Of a stretch of DNA of 64,000 nt, positions 28,880-39,011 are shown piece after piece. The notes below the pieces were generated by a model. That model had not been told where the DNA came from. It did no database searches and worked only from the letters and a program-made list of their open reading frames with translations. The DNA lies in assembly GCA_963810275.1 (NCBI GenBank), contig CAWENF010000019.1, positions 96,001-160,000 of the forward strand. Direction: 5' to 3'. The DNA comes from an uncultured archaeon. GTDB taxonomy: Archaea; Thermoproteota; Bathyarchaeia; Bathyarchaeales; Bathycorpusculaceae. Numbering within the stretch: position 1 is the stretch's first letter; each line of letters begins with the position of its first letter. Both the position numbers and the translations under genes were made by a program.

Positions 28880-29455
28880 TTGGCTGCTATGGAAAAACGT
28901 TACGAAGAGAACGCTTACGTACTAGACTTTCTCTCCCACGGTAAACCGGGAATTCGCCCAACAGGACGCGCAGGATACCGTGCGGGAGCACTTATTCAAT
29001 GTGTCGGCGAAGAATTCTTCACCTTACTGGAAGCACTAGTTAAGGAGGGGTTGATGCTAAAACCAGGTGACCGCGTGTATGTGGGCAAAGACAGCCGAGA
29101 AGAAGTCACCTACATCATCGGCAGAATCAGCTACGAAGAACTCACCGCAGCAGCACGCTCAGAGCTTCCAGGTGTTATCAGCAAAATAGTGGCTAACCGC
29201 GAAAAATGGTTTGTTAACTTCTTTAACACTGCACGTGCCATAACGCCACGCATGCACGCACTGGAATTGGTGCCTGGCATAGGTAAAAAATATATGTGGC
29301 AAGTCATCAACGAACGCCAACGTAGACCTTTCGAGAGCTTTGAAGATATACAGAAACGCACGGAGCTGCCTAACCCAGTTAAGCTTATAACGAAACGCGT
29401 CTTAGAAGAGCTTGAAGGCGACAGCAAATACAGACTGTTCACTCGCACCCAGTAA
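28880..29455 (+). CDS. DUF655 putative RNA-binding protein
   Basis: EENAYVLDFL, GEEFFTLLE, PRMHALELVPGIGKK. Confidence 0.92.
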   Translation: MAAMEKRYEENAYVLDFLSHGKPGIRPTGRAGYRAGALIQCVGEEFFTLLEALVKEGLMLKPGDRVYVGKDSREEVTYIIGRISYEELTAAARSELPGVISKIVANREKWFVNFFNTARAITPRMHALELVPGIGKKYMWQVINERQRRPFESFEDIQKRTELPNPVKLITKRVLEELEGDSKYRLFTRTQ

Positions 29456-29465
29456 GGCTTCTGAG

Positions 29466-30284
29466 ATGAGTTTAGAGGAAATACATCAGCTACTTTTATT
29501 TTATAATTTGAGCCCCAACAAGGTGTTGGGTCAGAACTTTTTTGTTGACACCGCATTCTACCCCAAACTCGCTGACTACGCGGAGCTTTCAGAGTCGGAT
29601 GTGGTTTTGGATGCAGGTGCAGGCTTTGGTTTTTTGGCAAGATTTCTTTCCAGTAAATGCAAAGGCGTGATAGCAGTTGAGAAGGACCCCCAAGTTGCTG
29701 AGGTGCTCCGCAGCAGCGTCACACATTTAGATAACGTTTCTGTGGTGGAGGGTGATGTGCTCAAAGCAGAGTTGCCCCCGTTTAACAAGGTAATAGCCCT
29801 TCCGCCCTACTATCTGTCAACACAATTGGTAACTTGGGTGCTTGAGCGCAACGTGGACTGCACCGTGCTTGTAGTGCAGCGGGAATTCGCTCAACGCTTA
29901 ATCGCAGAAGTAGGCACAGAAGACTATGGCTGGTTAACCGTCGTTGCCGCCCAGAAGGCGCAAGCCAAACTGCTCGACGAAGTGCCTAAAGACTGCTTTT
30001 ACCCTCCTCCTGAGGTTAACTCCACCATTCTCCGCCTAAAACCTTGGAGTAAAAAGCCATTCAAGCCCAAAAACCCCGCACTCTTCATACAGCTAACTAA
30101 GTGGCTGTTTACCGAACGCAACCGAAAACTCGCCAAAGCCGCCGCCCCCTACCTACAAAGTTACCTAAAAATGACTAAACCCCACGCCAAAGAAGCCTCA
30201 GCCAAACTTCCCTTCAGCGACATGCGACCCCGTGAGCTTACACCAAAAGAATTCGGAGAAGTAGCCGATGCCCTCAGCGACTAA
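29466..30284 (+). CDS. rsmA: 16S rRNA adenine dimethyltransferase KsgA/Dim1
   Basis: LGQNF, DAGAGFG, VEKD, QREFAQRL, YGWLTV, FYPPPEVNS. Confidence 0.94.
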   Translation: MSLEEIHQLLLFYNLSPNKVLGQNFFVDTAFYPKLADYAELSESDVVLDAGAGFGFLARFLSSKCKGVIAVEKDPQVAEVLRSSVTHLDNVSVVEGDVLKAELPPFNKVIALPPYYLSTQLVTWVLERNVDCTVLVVQREFAQRLIAEVGTEDYGWLTVVAAQKAQAKLLDEVPKDCFYPPPEVNSTILRLKPWSKKPFKPKNPALFIQLTKWLFTERNRKLAKAAAPYLQSYLKMTKPHAKEASAKLPFSDMRPRELTPKEFGEVADALSD

Positions 30285-30885
30285 ACGTCTCCACCTCGGT
30301 AATTTGGTTTTCGACGTCACCGACGACGTATATGAGCCAGCAGAGGATTCCTACCTGTTTGTGGATAACCTACATGTTGGAGCCGGGGATTCGGTGTTGG
30401 ATTTGGGGACTGGGAGTGGCGTTTTAGCTGTTTATGTGGCTAAGCAGGGCGCCAATGTTGTGGCTGTAGATATAAACCCTCATGCGATTAAGGCTGCGAA
30501 GGGCAACGCTAACCTAAACGGGGTCGATGACCGCATGGTCTTATTCCAGGGTGACCTGTTTTCCGCTTTCAGAAATGGGACCGCTTTTAATTTGGTGCTG
30601 TTTAATGCACCTTACTTACCTTCAGATGCAGGCGAAGAAACAAGTTGGATTGGTCGCGCTTGGGCAGGCGGAGCAAACGGTCGAATTGTGGTAGACCGCT
30701 TCATCGCCGAAGTCGCAGCTTACCTAAAGTCAGACGGGCGGGTGCTACTCATGCAATCCACCTTAACAGGCGTGGAAGAAACAATTCAGAAATTCCAACT
30801 TCAGGGCTTCAGTGCGGAGGTTATTGCTATCCAGCGCCTGCCGTTTTTTGAAACCTTAACTCTCATAGACGCCCAACGTCTATAA
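30268..30885 (+). CDS. HemK2/PrmC-like methyltransferase
   Basis: VYEPAEDSYL, LDLGTGSG, FNAPYLP, AWAGGANG. Confidence 0.92.
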   Translation: MPSATKRLHLGNLVFDVTDDVYEPAEDSYLFVDNLHVGAGDSVLDLGTGSGVLAVYVAKQGANVVAVDINPHAIKAAKGNANLNGVDDRMVLFQGDLFSAFRNGTAFNLVLFNAPYLPSDAGEETSWIGRAWAGGANGRIVVDRFIAEVAAYLKSDGRVLLMQSTLTGVEETIQKFQLQGFSAEVIAIQRLPFFETLTLIDAQRL

Positions 30886-30936
30886 AGAAAAAACGTTTAA
30901 GGCAAACCTTGTTCATACATATTTTGGCGTTGAAAT

Positions 30937-31266
30937 ATGACAATTTGGTTTTACGTTAAAACAAGTGATTCACCAAACAAAGTAGGACAAGTAGTATGTG
31001 ACTATAACTATGCCGAGGGGAAGCACCCTGAGGATGAATACAGTTGGATTATTGAGGGGGACACTGAAGAGCCTGATTACTGGATGATTAAAGCCAAGTA
31101 CGCTGCCCTAAAAGACATGCCTGAAGTGGCTGTGGCATATCGAGTTGGCGACTCAGTGGTATTTGCTGAAATCGACAACGACTTAGCCCCCGACTTTTCA
31201 GAGCCCCTTGTCGAGCAGTATGGCCTTGACAACGTGAAGTGGCTTGTTGTTCCAAGCATGAAGTAG
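30937..31266 (+). CDS. Hypothetical acidic protein
   Basis: 109-aa ORF with ATG start and a TATA-like element upstream; no family recognised. Confidence 0.7.
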   Translation: MTIWFYVKTSDSPNKVGQVVCDYNYAEGKHPEDEYSWIIEGDTEEPDYWMIKAKYAALKDMPEVAVAYRVGDSVVFAEIDNDLAPDFSEPLVEQYGLDNVKWLVVPSMK

Positions 31267-31390
31267 CGTTTCTGTAGCTCTCTGCCATAGCATTTCTTGT
31301 ATATCCCTTTCTTTGGTTTAACATTCTTTTAGCAGAAACAGTCAGTGTTATGAGTTTGTTTTTATTTTGGTGGTCTGAGTGCTTGCAGCG

Positions 31391-31885
31391 TTACTGTTTA
31401 TCGTATTTCATGACTTCTTCAGTCATGATACTCAACAATATGCCGGCTTCCCTAAACATCAATATTGTGTCTGCGTCGGCATGGTAACGTTTCTCGCAGA
31501 CCACCCGCTTAATGCCTGCGTTGATTATCATCATGGCACAAGTGCGGCAAGGTGTCATCTTGCAAAATAAAGTTGAGCCTTCCAATGCTATGCCAAATCT
31601 GGCTGCCTGCAAAATGGCGTTCTGTTCCGCATGCAAGGTGCGTACACAGTGCTGGCTAACTTCGTCGTTTCCGTTGATAACTTGGCGAATGTCATGGCCT
31701 GCTTCGTCGCAGTGAGGCAACCCTGCAGGCGCCCCAACGTAGCCTGTAGTCATTATGCGTTTGTCTTTTACGATTACAGCGCCGCATTTGCCCCTGTTGC
31801 AGGTGGCGCGTGCAGCTACAGCTTCACACATGTCCAAGAAGTAGCGGTCCCAGTTAGGCCTTATCGTTTTCTCTGCGGATGCCAC
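31391..31885 (-). CDS. dCMP deaminase (ComEB-like)
   Basis: RPNWDRYF, RATCNR, HAEQNA, PCRTC. Confidence 0.93.
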   Translation of the reverse strand: MASAEKTIRPNWDRYFLDMCEAVAARATCNRGKCGAVIVKDKRIMTTGYVGAPAGLPHCDEAGHDIRQVINGNDEVSQHCVRTLHAEQNAILQAARFGIALEGSTLFCKMTPCRTCAMMIINAGIKRVVCEKRYHADADTILMFREAGILLSIMTEEVMKYDKQ

Positions 31886-31950
31886 ACAAATTTCCCCTAA
31901 CTAATTGAAAAGTAGTTTGCTATACAAATTAATAAATTGTTTCCGCTGAG

Positions 31951-33255
31951 TTAGCGCTGTTTTTGGAGGATGTGAATTTCTCTGCCGATTTTGTGGCGTT
32001 CATCCATCTCGATTAGTGTAGGAGCTCCCATGAGGCGTCCATGGTCGGGCGCTTCCGGTGCGAACATGTCGTCAGTGAAGGCGTAAACCCGTGAGAATCC
32101 AACTTCCTTAATTTTCTCTTCCAAAGGCATAACAACAGTTTCTCTTGAGCGAGTGCGTATGAACGGCGTAGCCACCACCAGTCTGCCTCCGACATGTAAA
32201 GCCTGATACGCCTGATCAACAAAATCCAAAAACATCGGCGTAAGCTTCTCGATAATCTTTAGTGCATAGGGTCCAGTCGGCGTCTGCTTCAACGCGGGGC
32301 CCAAGTCGGGTTCTGAGACAATGCAGTCCACGCTCTCCAGTCCGACCTTCTCGGCGAGGTGCTTTACGTTGCCCTGCACCACACGGAAATCTGCCCCAAC
32401 CAACCCATACTCCAACGCCACCCACTCCAAGTTCTCTTCCGCTGCTTTGACGCACCAGGAGTTGACGTCTAAGCCAACAACGGCTGCGCCTTCAAGCAAA
32501 GCTTCTTGGAGGATGGTTCCGACACCGCAAAACGCGTCCAGCAAGGTTTTCTGGTTGGTACAGGTGGACAGGTTCACCATCATCCGTGCCAATCGAGGCG
32601 GCATGCCAAATATGGCGCGTTGGTTGGGTTTATAGACGTCGCGTTTTTGAAACTCAAAAGGGTTATGCACGGCAACTGTAATAGCTATCCAGGTTTGGGT
32701 TTTGCCTATGCACACCAAGACTTCAGACTGGTTTTTTGCCAAGTCTTTTTTGAGGACTTCTACATGGCTAAGTTGGGCTTCGGAGCGATTGGGATCAGTG
32801 CTCATAAATCTGGATTTGATATTTTTGGCTGCCAATTCGGTTTTGATTGCGCTGCCTACGTAGCGTTGGATGCGTCCGCCTAAGACCTTGAGATTGTTGT
32901 TTGAGGTGTAGATGCTTACTCCGAAAAAAACTTTATCGGCTGAATTAGTCATGCCCTCTATGGTGGTTTTTCGGGCAACAGTTTGGGCCAGTTGTTTTTG
33001 GGTTGACTTGTTTTTTTCCAAGAAGGCAGTTTTTATGGTTTCCGAGGACAGGATGGTTTTGGTTTCTGCAATCTTTATGGTTCCGCCCAAGTCATCTATT
33101 ACCTTTTGGTTTAGGGGTTTAGGGAAGAATAATACGAAAAACTCTTTTGAAAAGTACTCAATTTGGAAGGCGACACTTCTGGCTTTGAAGTACTGGGTTA
33201 ACTCAGATAGGGACAGCTGCCAGTTCTTGCCTGAAATAAAGATGTAAGTTGGCAT
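31951..33255 (-). CDS. Trm11/TrmG10-like tRNA methyltransferase
   Basis: LGGTIKIAE, MPPRLARMMVNL, LDAFCGVGTILQEA, IVSEPDLG. Confidence 0.82.
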   Translation of the reverse strand: MPTYIFISGKNWQLSLSELTQYFKARSVAFQIEYFSKEFFVLFFPKPLNQKVIDDLGGTIKIAETKTILSSETIKTAFLEKNKSTQKQLAQTVARKTTIEGMTNSADKVFFGVSIYTSNNNLKVLGGRIQRYVGSAIKTELAAKNIKSRFMSTDPNRSEAQLSHVEVLKKDLAKNQSEVLVCIGKTQTWIAITVAVHNPFEFQKRDVYKPNQRAIFGMPPRLARMMVNLSTCTNQKTLLDAFCGVGTILQEALLEGAAVVGLDVNSWCVKAAEENLEWVALEYGLVGADFRVVQGNVKHLAEKVGLESVDCIVSEPDLGPALKQTPTGPYALKIIEKLTPMFLDFVDQAYQALHVGGRLVVATPFIRTRSRETVVMPLEEKIKEVGFSRVYAFTDDMFAPEAPDHGRLMGAPTLIEMDERHKIGREIHILQKQR

Positions 33256-33426
33256 TTGAGAAAAGAAAGTAAACTAAGTATATAAGGTGATGAGCGCATC
33301 ACTCCTTTATTTTCGTTCTTAAAGTCAACGATTATAATTAGGTTTTGGCACGGATGCATCTGGGAAGTTTTACAAATCGTTTAAATATTGCAGAGATGGT
33401 GAGTATGCTACCGAAAGTGACGTCGC

Positions 33427-33969
33427 ATGCACGCAAAAAACTTCCGACACGTAAAGAACCGAGCCTACACCCGAAAAGAATATGCTCGCGGTTTTCCTCC
33501 ACCGAAAATCGTCAAATTCAGCATGGGTGATTCTAAATCAGAGTTCCAACTTCAAGGGCAACTTATCGCTACTGAGCGAGTTCAAATACGCCACTGCGCC
33601 CTAGAAGCAGCTCGTGTCGCAGCCAACCGTATCTTAATGGATAAACTTGTCAACGATTATTACATGCAGGTACATCCCTACCCACACATCATTCTACGAG
33701 AAAACAAAATGATCTTTGGCGCTCACGCCGACCGTCTCCAACAAGGCATGAGACGCAGCTTCGGCACAGCAGTCGGCACAGCCGCCAAAGTTGAAGTGGG
33801 GCAACCCATTATAACCGTCAAAGTTAAAGCCGGTCAAGAAACCGTGGCAAAAGAATCCCTAAAACGTGGCAGCGCAAAACTCCCCATAGCCTGCAAAATT
33901 GTAATCACCAAAATTGAGGCTCCTGCAGCTGCTCTCGAGAAAGCTGAAGCGGAGACGGAGACTGCTTGA
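33427..33969 (+). CDS. rpl10e: 50S ribosomal protein uL16 (L10e)
   Basis: AYTRKEY, QIRHCALEAAR, YPHIILRENK, ADRLQQGMRRSFG. Confidence 0.97.
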   Translation: MHAKNFRHVKNRAYTRKEYARGFPPPKIVKFSMGDSKSEFQLQGQLIATERVQIRHCALEAARVAANRILMDKLVNDYYMQVHPYPHIILRENKMIFGAHADRLQQGMRRSFGTAVGTAAKVEVGQPIITVKVKAGQETVAKESLKRGSAKLPIACKIVITKIEAPAAALEKAEAETETA

Positions 33970-36380
33970 GCGGCAAAGACAAAGAGCTTGTCTTGTGGTT
34001 TGATGATTTAAGAAACACTGACGTGTCTATCGTTGGTGGTAAAAACTCCAGTCTCGGCGAAATGATTCATGCTGGGCTTCCCGTTCCATTCGGGTTTGCA
34101 GTAACCGCTTATTCTTATGAACGCTTCATTGTAGATAAGAATATTGCCGGGCAAATATATAAAATCATAAAAGACACAGTCACTAACCTGAATGACCCCA
34201 AGCAATATGATTCAGCCTCAAAAAAAATCCGTGAACTTATCGAAACGACTCCGATGCCACGGGACATAGAAGCTGCCATTCGAAACGCCTACATCGAGCT
34301 TAATAGGCGTCTTGCGCTCAACGATACTTTTGTAGCCGTTCGCTCCAGCGCAACAGCGGAAGACCTTCCTGATGCCTCGTTTGCCGGTCAACAGGAAACC
34401 TACCTAAACGTGAAAGGTCCCGACGAACTAATCGAGAAAGTCGTCAAATGCTGGAGTAGCCTCTTTACTCCAAGAGCCATTTTTTACCGTAACGAGAAAG
34501 GTTTCCCTCACGATAAAGTTTTCATAAGTGTTGGTGTTCAGAAAATGGTTAACAGCCGCGCCGCAGGCGTGATGTTCACCATAAACCCCGTCACCGGCAA
34601 TCACGACGAAATAGTCATAGACGGCAACTTTGGCCTTGGCGAAACTGTTGTGTCGGGTGCTGTGAACCCTGACAACTTTGTGGTTGACAAGGCCACAGGC
34701 TCTGTTAAGGAACGCCGCATCATGCGTAAAACCGTTAAGTACATACGCGATCCAAAAACGGGCAAAACACTGCATATTGACATCCCTGAAGATGAGCAGA
34801 AAGAGGTATGCTTAACAGACACGGAAATCGCTTTTTTGGCAAATTTGGCTAAACGCATCGAGAAGCACTACGCTAAACCCATGGATATCGAGTGGGCAAT
34901 TGACGGCGATTTGTCCTACCCAGAGAACATGATGCTGGTGCAGGCTCGCCCCGAAACAATCTACGGAACCAAAAATGTGGAAGGAGCAGAAATGGAACAA
35001 ACCAAAGCAGAACAAGCCCTAAAAATCGTTGTTAAAGGCATCTCCGCTGGCAGAAGAGGCTACGGCGTGGGTAAAGCCAGAGTCGTCCTGAACTTTGAAG
35101 ATGCAAATCGTGACATGCAAAAAGGCGACATCCTAGTCACTGGTATGACTGACCCTGACTTCGTTTCGTTCATGAAGATGGCATCAGCCATAGTTACCGA
35201 CAAAGGCGGCATCACCAGCCACGCAGCCATCGTCAGCCGCGAACTCAACATCCCATGTGTCGTCGGCACCGAAAACGCCACCCAACTAATGAAGACTGGT
35301 GTAGAATACACCGTCGACTCACGCAACGGCATCATCTACGAAGGCGTCCTAAAAGAAGCTACACAACCAACTGAAAACGGCGTAGCAGTCACAGTAGCAG
35401 AATCTGCCCCAGTCACAGCAACCAAGATTTACATGAACTTAGGCACCCCCGAAATGATTGAAACATACAAGAACCTCCCATTCGAAGGCATCGGCTTAAT
35501 GCGCACGGAATTCATCATGGCCTCTGCAATCGGCCAGCACCCAATGCTCTTCGTAGAAAATGGGGAAAGCCAGAAATTCATAGACATATTCGCAGACAAC
35601 GTCGCAAAAGTAGCACGAGCCATCCAACCTAAACCCGTTGTGGTCCGCTTTAGTGACTTTAAGACCAACGAGTACCGCGGACTCAAAGGCGGTGAAAAAT
35701 ACGAAATTAACGAAGAAAACCCAATGCTTGGCTGGAGAGGATGCAGCCGCTACATCAGCAAATGGTACATCGAAGCATTCAAGCTAGAATGCAAAGCCAT
35801 CAAAAAGTGCCGTGACGAATGGGGACTCAAAAACGTCTACGTCATGCTGCCCATGGTCCGCACACTCTGGGAAGCCAAAGCTGTTCTTGAAATCATGAAG
35901 AGCGAAGGCTTGGAACGAAACAAAGATTTCAAAGTCTGGTTCATGGCAGAAACCCCCAGCATAGCAATCATGGCAGACGAATTCAGCAAACTCGTAGACG
36001 GTTTTAGCGTAGGCTCAAACGATATGACACAGGGAGTACTCATGATTGACCGTGACAGCGAGCGTCTTGGTCAGATGGGCTACTTTGACGAGCGTGACCC
36101 AGCGGTTAAACGCATTATCGCACGTCTAATCAAAGTAGCACACGAAAACGGCTGCACCGTTAGCATCTGCGGCGAAGGCCCAAGTAATTTGCCTGACTTC
36201 GCAGAGTTCCTTGTTAGAGCCGGCATAGACAGCATCTCAGTTAACAACGACGCAGTCGCCGCAACTCGCAGAAACGTAGCTCAAGTCGAGCAGAAAATCG
36301 TCTTGGAACGCTTAGCCGAGCAGGCAGCATTGGCTACGGGCAACCCAATAAAGAAACCCGTTCCCGACTGGGAATGGTAA
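33966..36380 (+). CDS. ppsA: Phosphoenolpyruvate synthase (intact copy)
   Basis: VGGKN, VAVRSSATAEDLPDASFAGQQET, DIEWA, GGITSHAAIVSREL, GIGLMRTE, ENPMLGWRG, SICGE. Confidence 0.96.
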   Translation: MSGKDKELVLWFDDLRNTDVSIVGGKNSSLGEMIHAGLPVPFGFAVTAYSYERFIVDKNIAGQIYKIIKDTVTNLNDPKQYDSASKKIRELIETTPMPRDIEAAIRNAYIELNRRLALNDTFVAVRSSATAEDLPDASFAGQQETYLNVKGPDELIEKVVKCWSSLFTPRAIFYRNEKGFPHDKVFISVGVQKMVNSRAAGVMFTINPVTGNHDEIVIDGNFGLGETVVSGAVNPDNFVVDKATGSVKERRIMRKTVKYIRDPKTGKTLHIDIPEDEQKEVCLTDTEIAFLANLAKRIEKHYAKPMDIEWAIDGDLSYPENMMLVQARPETIYGTKNVEGAEMEQTKAEQALKIVVKGISAGRRGYGVGKARVVLNFEDANRDMQKGDILVTGMTDPDFVSFMKMASAIVTDKGGITSHAAIVSRELNIPCVVGTENATQLMKTGVEYTVDSRNGIIYEGVLKEATQPTENGVAVTVAESAPVTATKIYMNLGTPEMIETYKNLPFEGIGLMRTEFIMASAIGQHPMLFVENGESQKFIDIFADNVAKVARAIQPKPVVVRFSDFKTNEYRGLKGGEKYEINEENPMLGWRGCSRYISKWYIEAFKLECKAIKKCRDEWGLKNVYVMLPMVRTLWEAKAVLEIMKSEGLERNKDFKVWFMAETPSIAIMADEFSKLVDGFSVGSNDMTQGVLMIDRDSERLGQMGYFDERDPAVKRIIARLIKVAHENGCTVSICGEGPSNLPDFAEFLVRAGIDSISVNNDAVAATRRNVAQVEQKIVLERLAEQAALATGNPIKKPVPDWEW

Positions 36381-36434
36381 ACTCCACCCTTAATTCTTTA
36401 ATTTCTTTTGTCTTCTTCTGTTAGTTGATGGTAT

Positions 36435-37436
36435 ATGCCGATATTTAATTTTGAATTAGAGCATCTTAAAGACGAAATCAGACGGCTCAAAGCGAAACGT
36501 GTGGTTTTGCAGATGCCAGAGGGGCTAAAATCTGAAGCAACCCCCATCGTGCAGGCAGTTGAATCAGAAGGCGCAATCGCAATAATCTCCTCTGACCCAT
36601 GTTATGGGGCATGCGACATCGCATCCGCCGACGCCGAAGCATTATACGCGGATTTGCTTGTACATTTTGGCCACTCGAAAATGGTGGCTGACGGCAAAAT
36701 CCCCGTACTCTACATAGAAGCTCATTCCGACGCCTCAATAGACACAGCCATCCAACAGGCCCTTCCTCTTCTTGACTGCTTCAACAACATTGGGTTAACT
36801 ACTTCAGTCCAGCATATCCACCTGCTTGATAGGGCTAAGCGGCTCCTAACGGTCGCAGGCAAAACTGTTTACATTGGCGACGCCAAACAGCTGGAGCATT
36901 CTGGGCAGGTTATTGGTTGCAACTACAGCAACGCAACCGCAATCGCAGAGCAAGTGGATGCTTTCTTGTTTGTAGGCGGTGGAATGTTCCACGCGTTGGG
37001 CATTGCACTTTGTACTTCGAAGCCAACAGTGGTTACTGACCCCTACGATAACAGAGCTTACTCAATAACAGACCAAGCGCAGAAACTGCTCAAGCAACGC
37101 TTCGCCTCAATTCAGGAGGGGCATTACGCGAAAACCGTTGGTGTGCTCGTCGGGCTTAAGCCTGGACAGTGTCACCTCGAGGATGCCCTCAAAACCAAGA
37201 TGCTGGCAGATAAAACTGGGCGCCAAGCATACCTGCTGGCAGGCAGAGAAATTACTCCTGATGCCCTAATGGAGTTCCCGCAGTTTGACTGCTATGTGAA
37301 CACGGCGTGCCCACGCATCTCGCTGGATGCCCCTGGCAAGTTCAGTAAACCTATTTTGACAGTTAACGAGTTTATGGTTGTCTGCGGTGAAGTCACATGG
37401 ACGGATATGCTCAAAAAAGGCTTATTCGCAAACTAA
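36435..37436 (+). CDS. dph2: Diphthamide biosynthesis enzyme Dph2
   Basis: LQMPEGLK, CYGACD, HFGHS, GQVIGCN, NTACPRI. Confidence 0.95.
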   Translation: MPIFNFELEHLKDEIRRLKAKRVVLQMPEGLKSEATPIVQAVESEGAIAIISSDPCYGACDIASADAEALYADLLVHFGHSKMVADGKIPVLYIEAHSDASIDTAIQQALPLLDCFNNIGLTTSVQHIHLLDRAKRLLTVAGKTVYIGDAKQLEHSGQVIGCNYSNATAIAEQVDAFLFVGGGMFHALGIALCTSKPTVVTDPYDNRAYSITDQAQKLLKQRFASIQEGHYAKTVGVLVGLKPGQCHLEDALKTKMLADKTGRQAYLLAGREITPDALMEFPQFDCYVNTACPRISLDAPGKFSKPILTVNEFMVVCGEVTWTDMLKKGLFAN

Positions 37437-38092
37437 ACTTGGAGGTGTTTCTGGGCGGGCTTTATGCTCAGCCGAGTCCCAAGTGGCAGCTTGAGCAGTA
37501 CACCACGCCTGAGGCGATTGCCGCCAACGTGCTTTACCTAGCAGCGTATGGTAATGGCGACATTGAGGGTAAGAGGGTGCTGGATTTGGGCTGCGGCACT
37601 GGGCGGCTTGGGTTAGGTGCTGCTTTTCTTGGAGCATCAGAAGTCGTCGGTGTAGAAGTTGACACTTCAGCCTTAGAAACCGCTAAACAAAACGCAGAGA
37701 AAGCAGCCCTATCAATTCAGCTAATCCACGGTGACTTAGCTACAGTCACGGGCCACTTCGACACGGTTCTGATGAATCCGCCGTTTGGTGTTCAGCACCG
37801 AGAAGCTGACCGCCCCTTCCTCGTAAAAGCCCTCGATATTGCCAATAGCGTGTATTCGTTGCATAACCACCCCGAAGTAGACGAACGTCTCACCCGAATG
37901 CTCAAATCCAGAGGCGGCATGGTGCAAGTCCAGCCCAACAAGTTCCTAGAGCGGTTCATAGCCAAACACTGCGGGCAAGTTCAGGCGGTTTACTCGATGA
38001 TAATGACCATACCTAAGATGTTTGAGTTCCACAAGAAACTAAAATATGACTTCGTTATCGACCTATACGTTATCCGAAAACAGCAGAACTAA
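37397..38092 (+). CDS. METTL5-family RNA methyltransferase
   Basis: LEQYTTP, LDLGCGTG, MNPPFG, VYSLH, FEFH. Confidence 0.9.
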   Translation: MDGYAQKRLIRKLNLEVFLGGLYAQPSPKWQLEQYTTPEAIAANVLYLAAYGNGDIEGKRVLDLGCGTGRLGLGAAFLGASEVVGVEVDTSALETAKQNAEKAALSIQLIHGDLATVTGHFDTVLMNPPFGVQHREADRPFLVKALDIANSVYSLHNHPEVDERLTRMLKSRGGMVQVQPNKFLERFIAKHCGQVQAVYSMIMTIPKMFEFHKKLKYDFVIDLYVIRKQQN

Positions 38093-38098
38093 CAAAAA

Positions 38099-38688
38099 TT
38101 ATGCTCTTAGCATGCCCCGAAATGCTCTTGAGCTGTAAAACGTGGGTGCGCTGTTGTGGTATACAAATACGCGGTTGTAGGCGTCGGTCGGCGAAGATGG
38201 CGCCTCCGAGTTTTCTGATGTTTTGTGGGGTTTTTTATCCAGCTTGAGGTTTTGGTATCGAATTCGCATAGTCTCTGCAGTTGGCGGTATTACTCATCAT
38301 CTAACAGTTCGATGCCCTTGCGACTGCCATATCCACTGCGTTGCCTGCAGGGTGCACCCAATGCTTTTCCCGTTTCGCCTGTTCCCTCTCCGTCGTAGCA
38401 GACGTTTCGGCGGCCTTTTGGCGTCTCTGGTGAGCAGTCAACAAAAACAAATTCTCCTGCCGCCTTGTCGTAACCTGTGGCGCCTGGTTGGCCACCTGTT
38501 TTCTCGATCTCGATAAGAAACCACAATTTCCCGCTGTTGGATTCAAGTTTCACCTGAACCTTAGTCCATTCCAGACCCGCATGGCCGCTCATGTCACTTT
38601 CAAAACGGTCCTTCAAGATGCTCAGCAATCTTTGACATTCATCTTGCGAAAAACCACTTTTTGGAGCCGAAAAAAATGAATTATGCAT
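38099..38688 (-). pseudogene. DUF4256 family pseudogene
   Basis: LKDRFESDM.GHAGLEW.KVQ, DCSPETPKGRRNVCYD, NAVDMA, GIELL..E*YRQLQ...FDTKTSSW, FRGMLRA* spread over different frames with an internal TAA at 38290-38292. Confidence 0.8.
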
Positions 38689-39011
38689 AATTATATGTTT
38701 TTTTTGAGACTTATTAGATCTAATACAGGACGGCGTTTGCTTAGGTCTAACTTATAGGTTTCAATAATTGCTTGCAGAACCAGCCCCAACCAGACACAGC
38801 CCAAAAAAAAGGGCCTACAAAAACAGGTTGCGCTGCCAAACTCTAGACGAAGTAGTGCACAAAAAAGTGATCATCACTACTTATTGTAAAAAAGAACCAA
38901 ACCCGAGTAAAATTGTTTATACATCAAAAGGTTTATTGCGGGGAATGGAAACTAAACCTATACGCTATTAATATTAAGCTTATAAAATTACATAAGGTCA
39001 GTTGAAATAGA

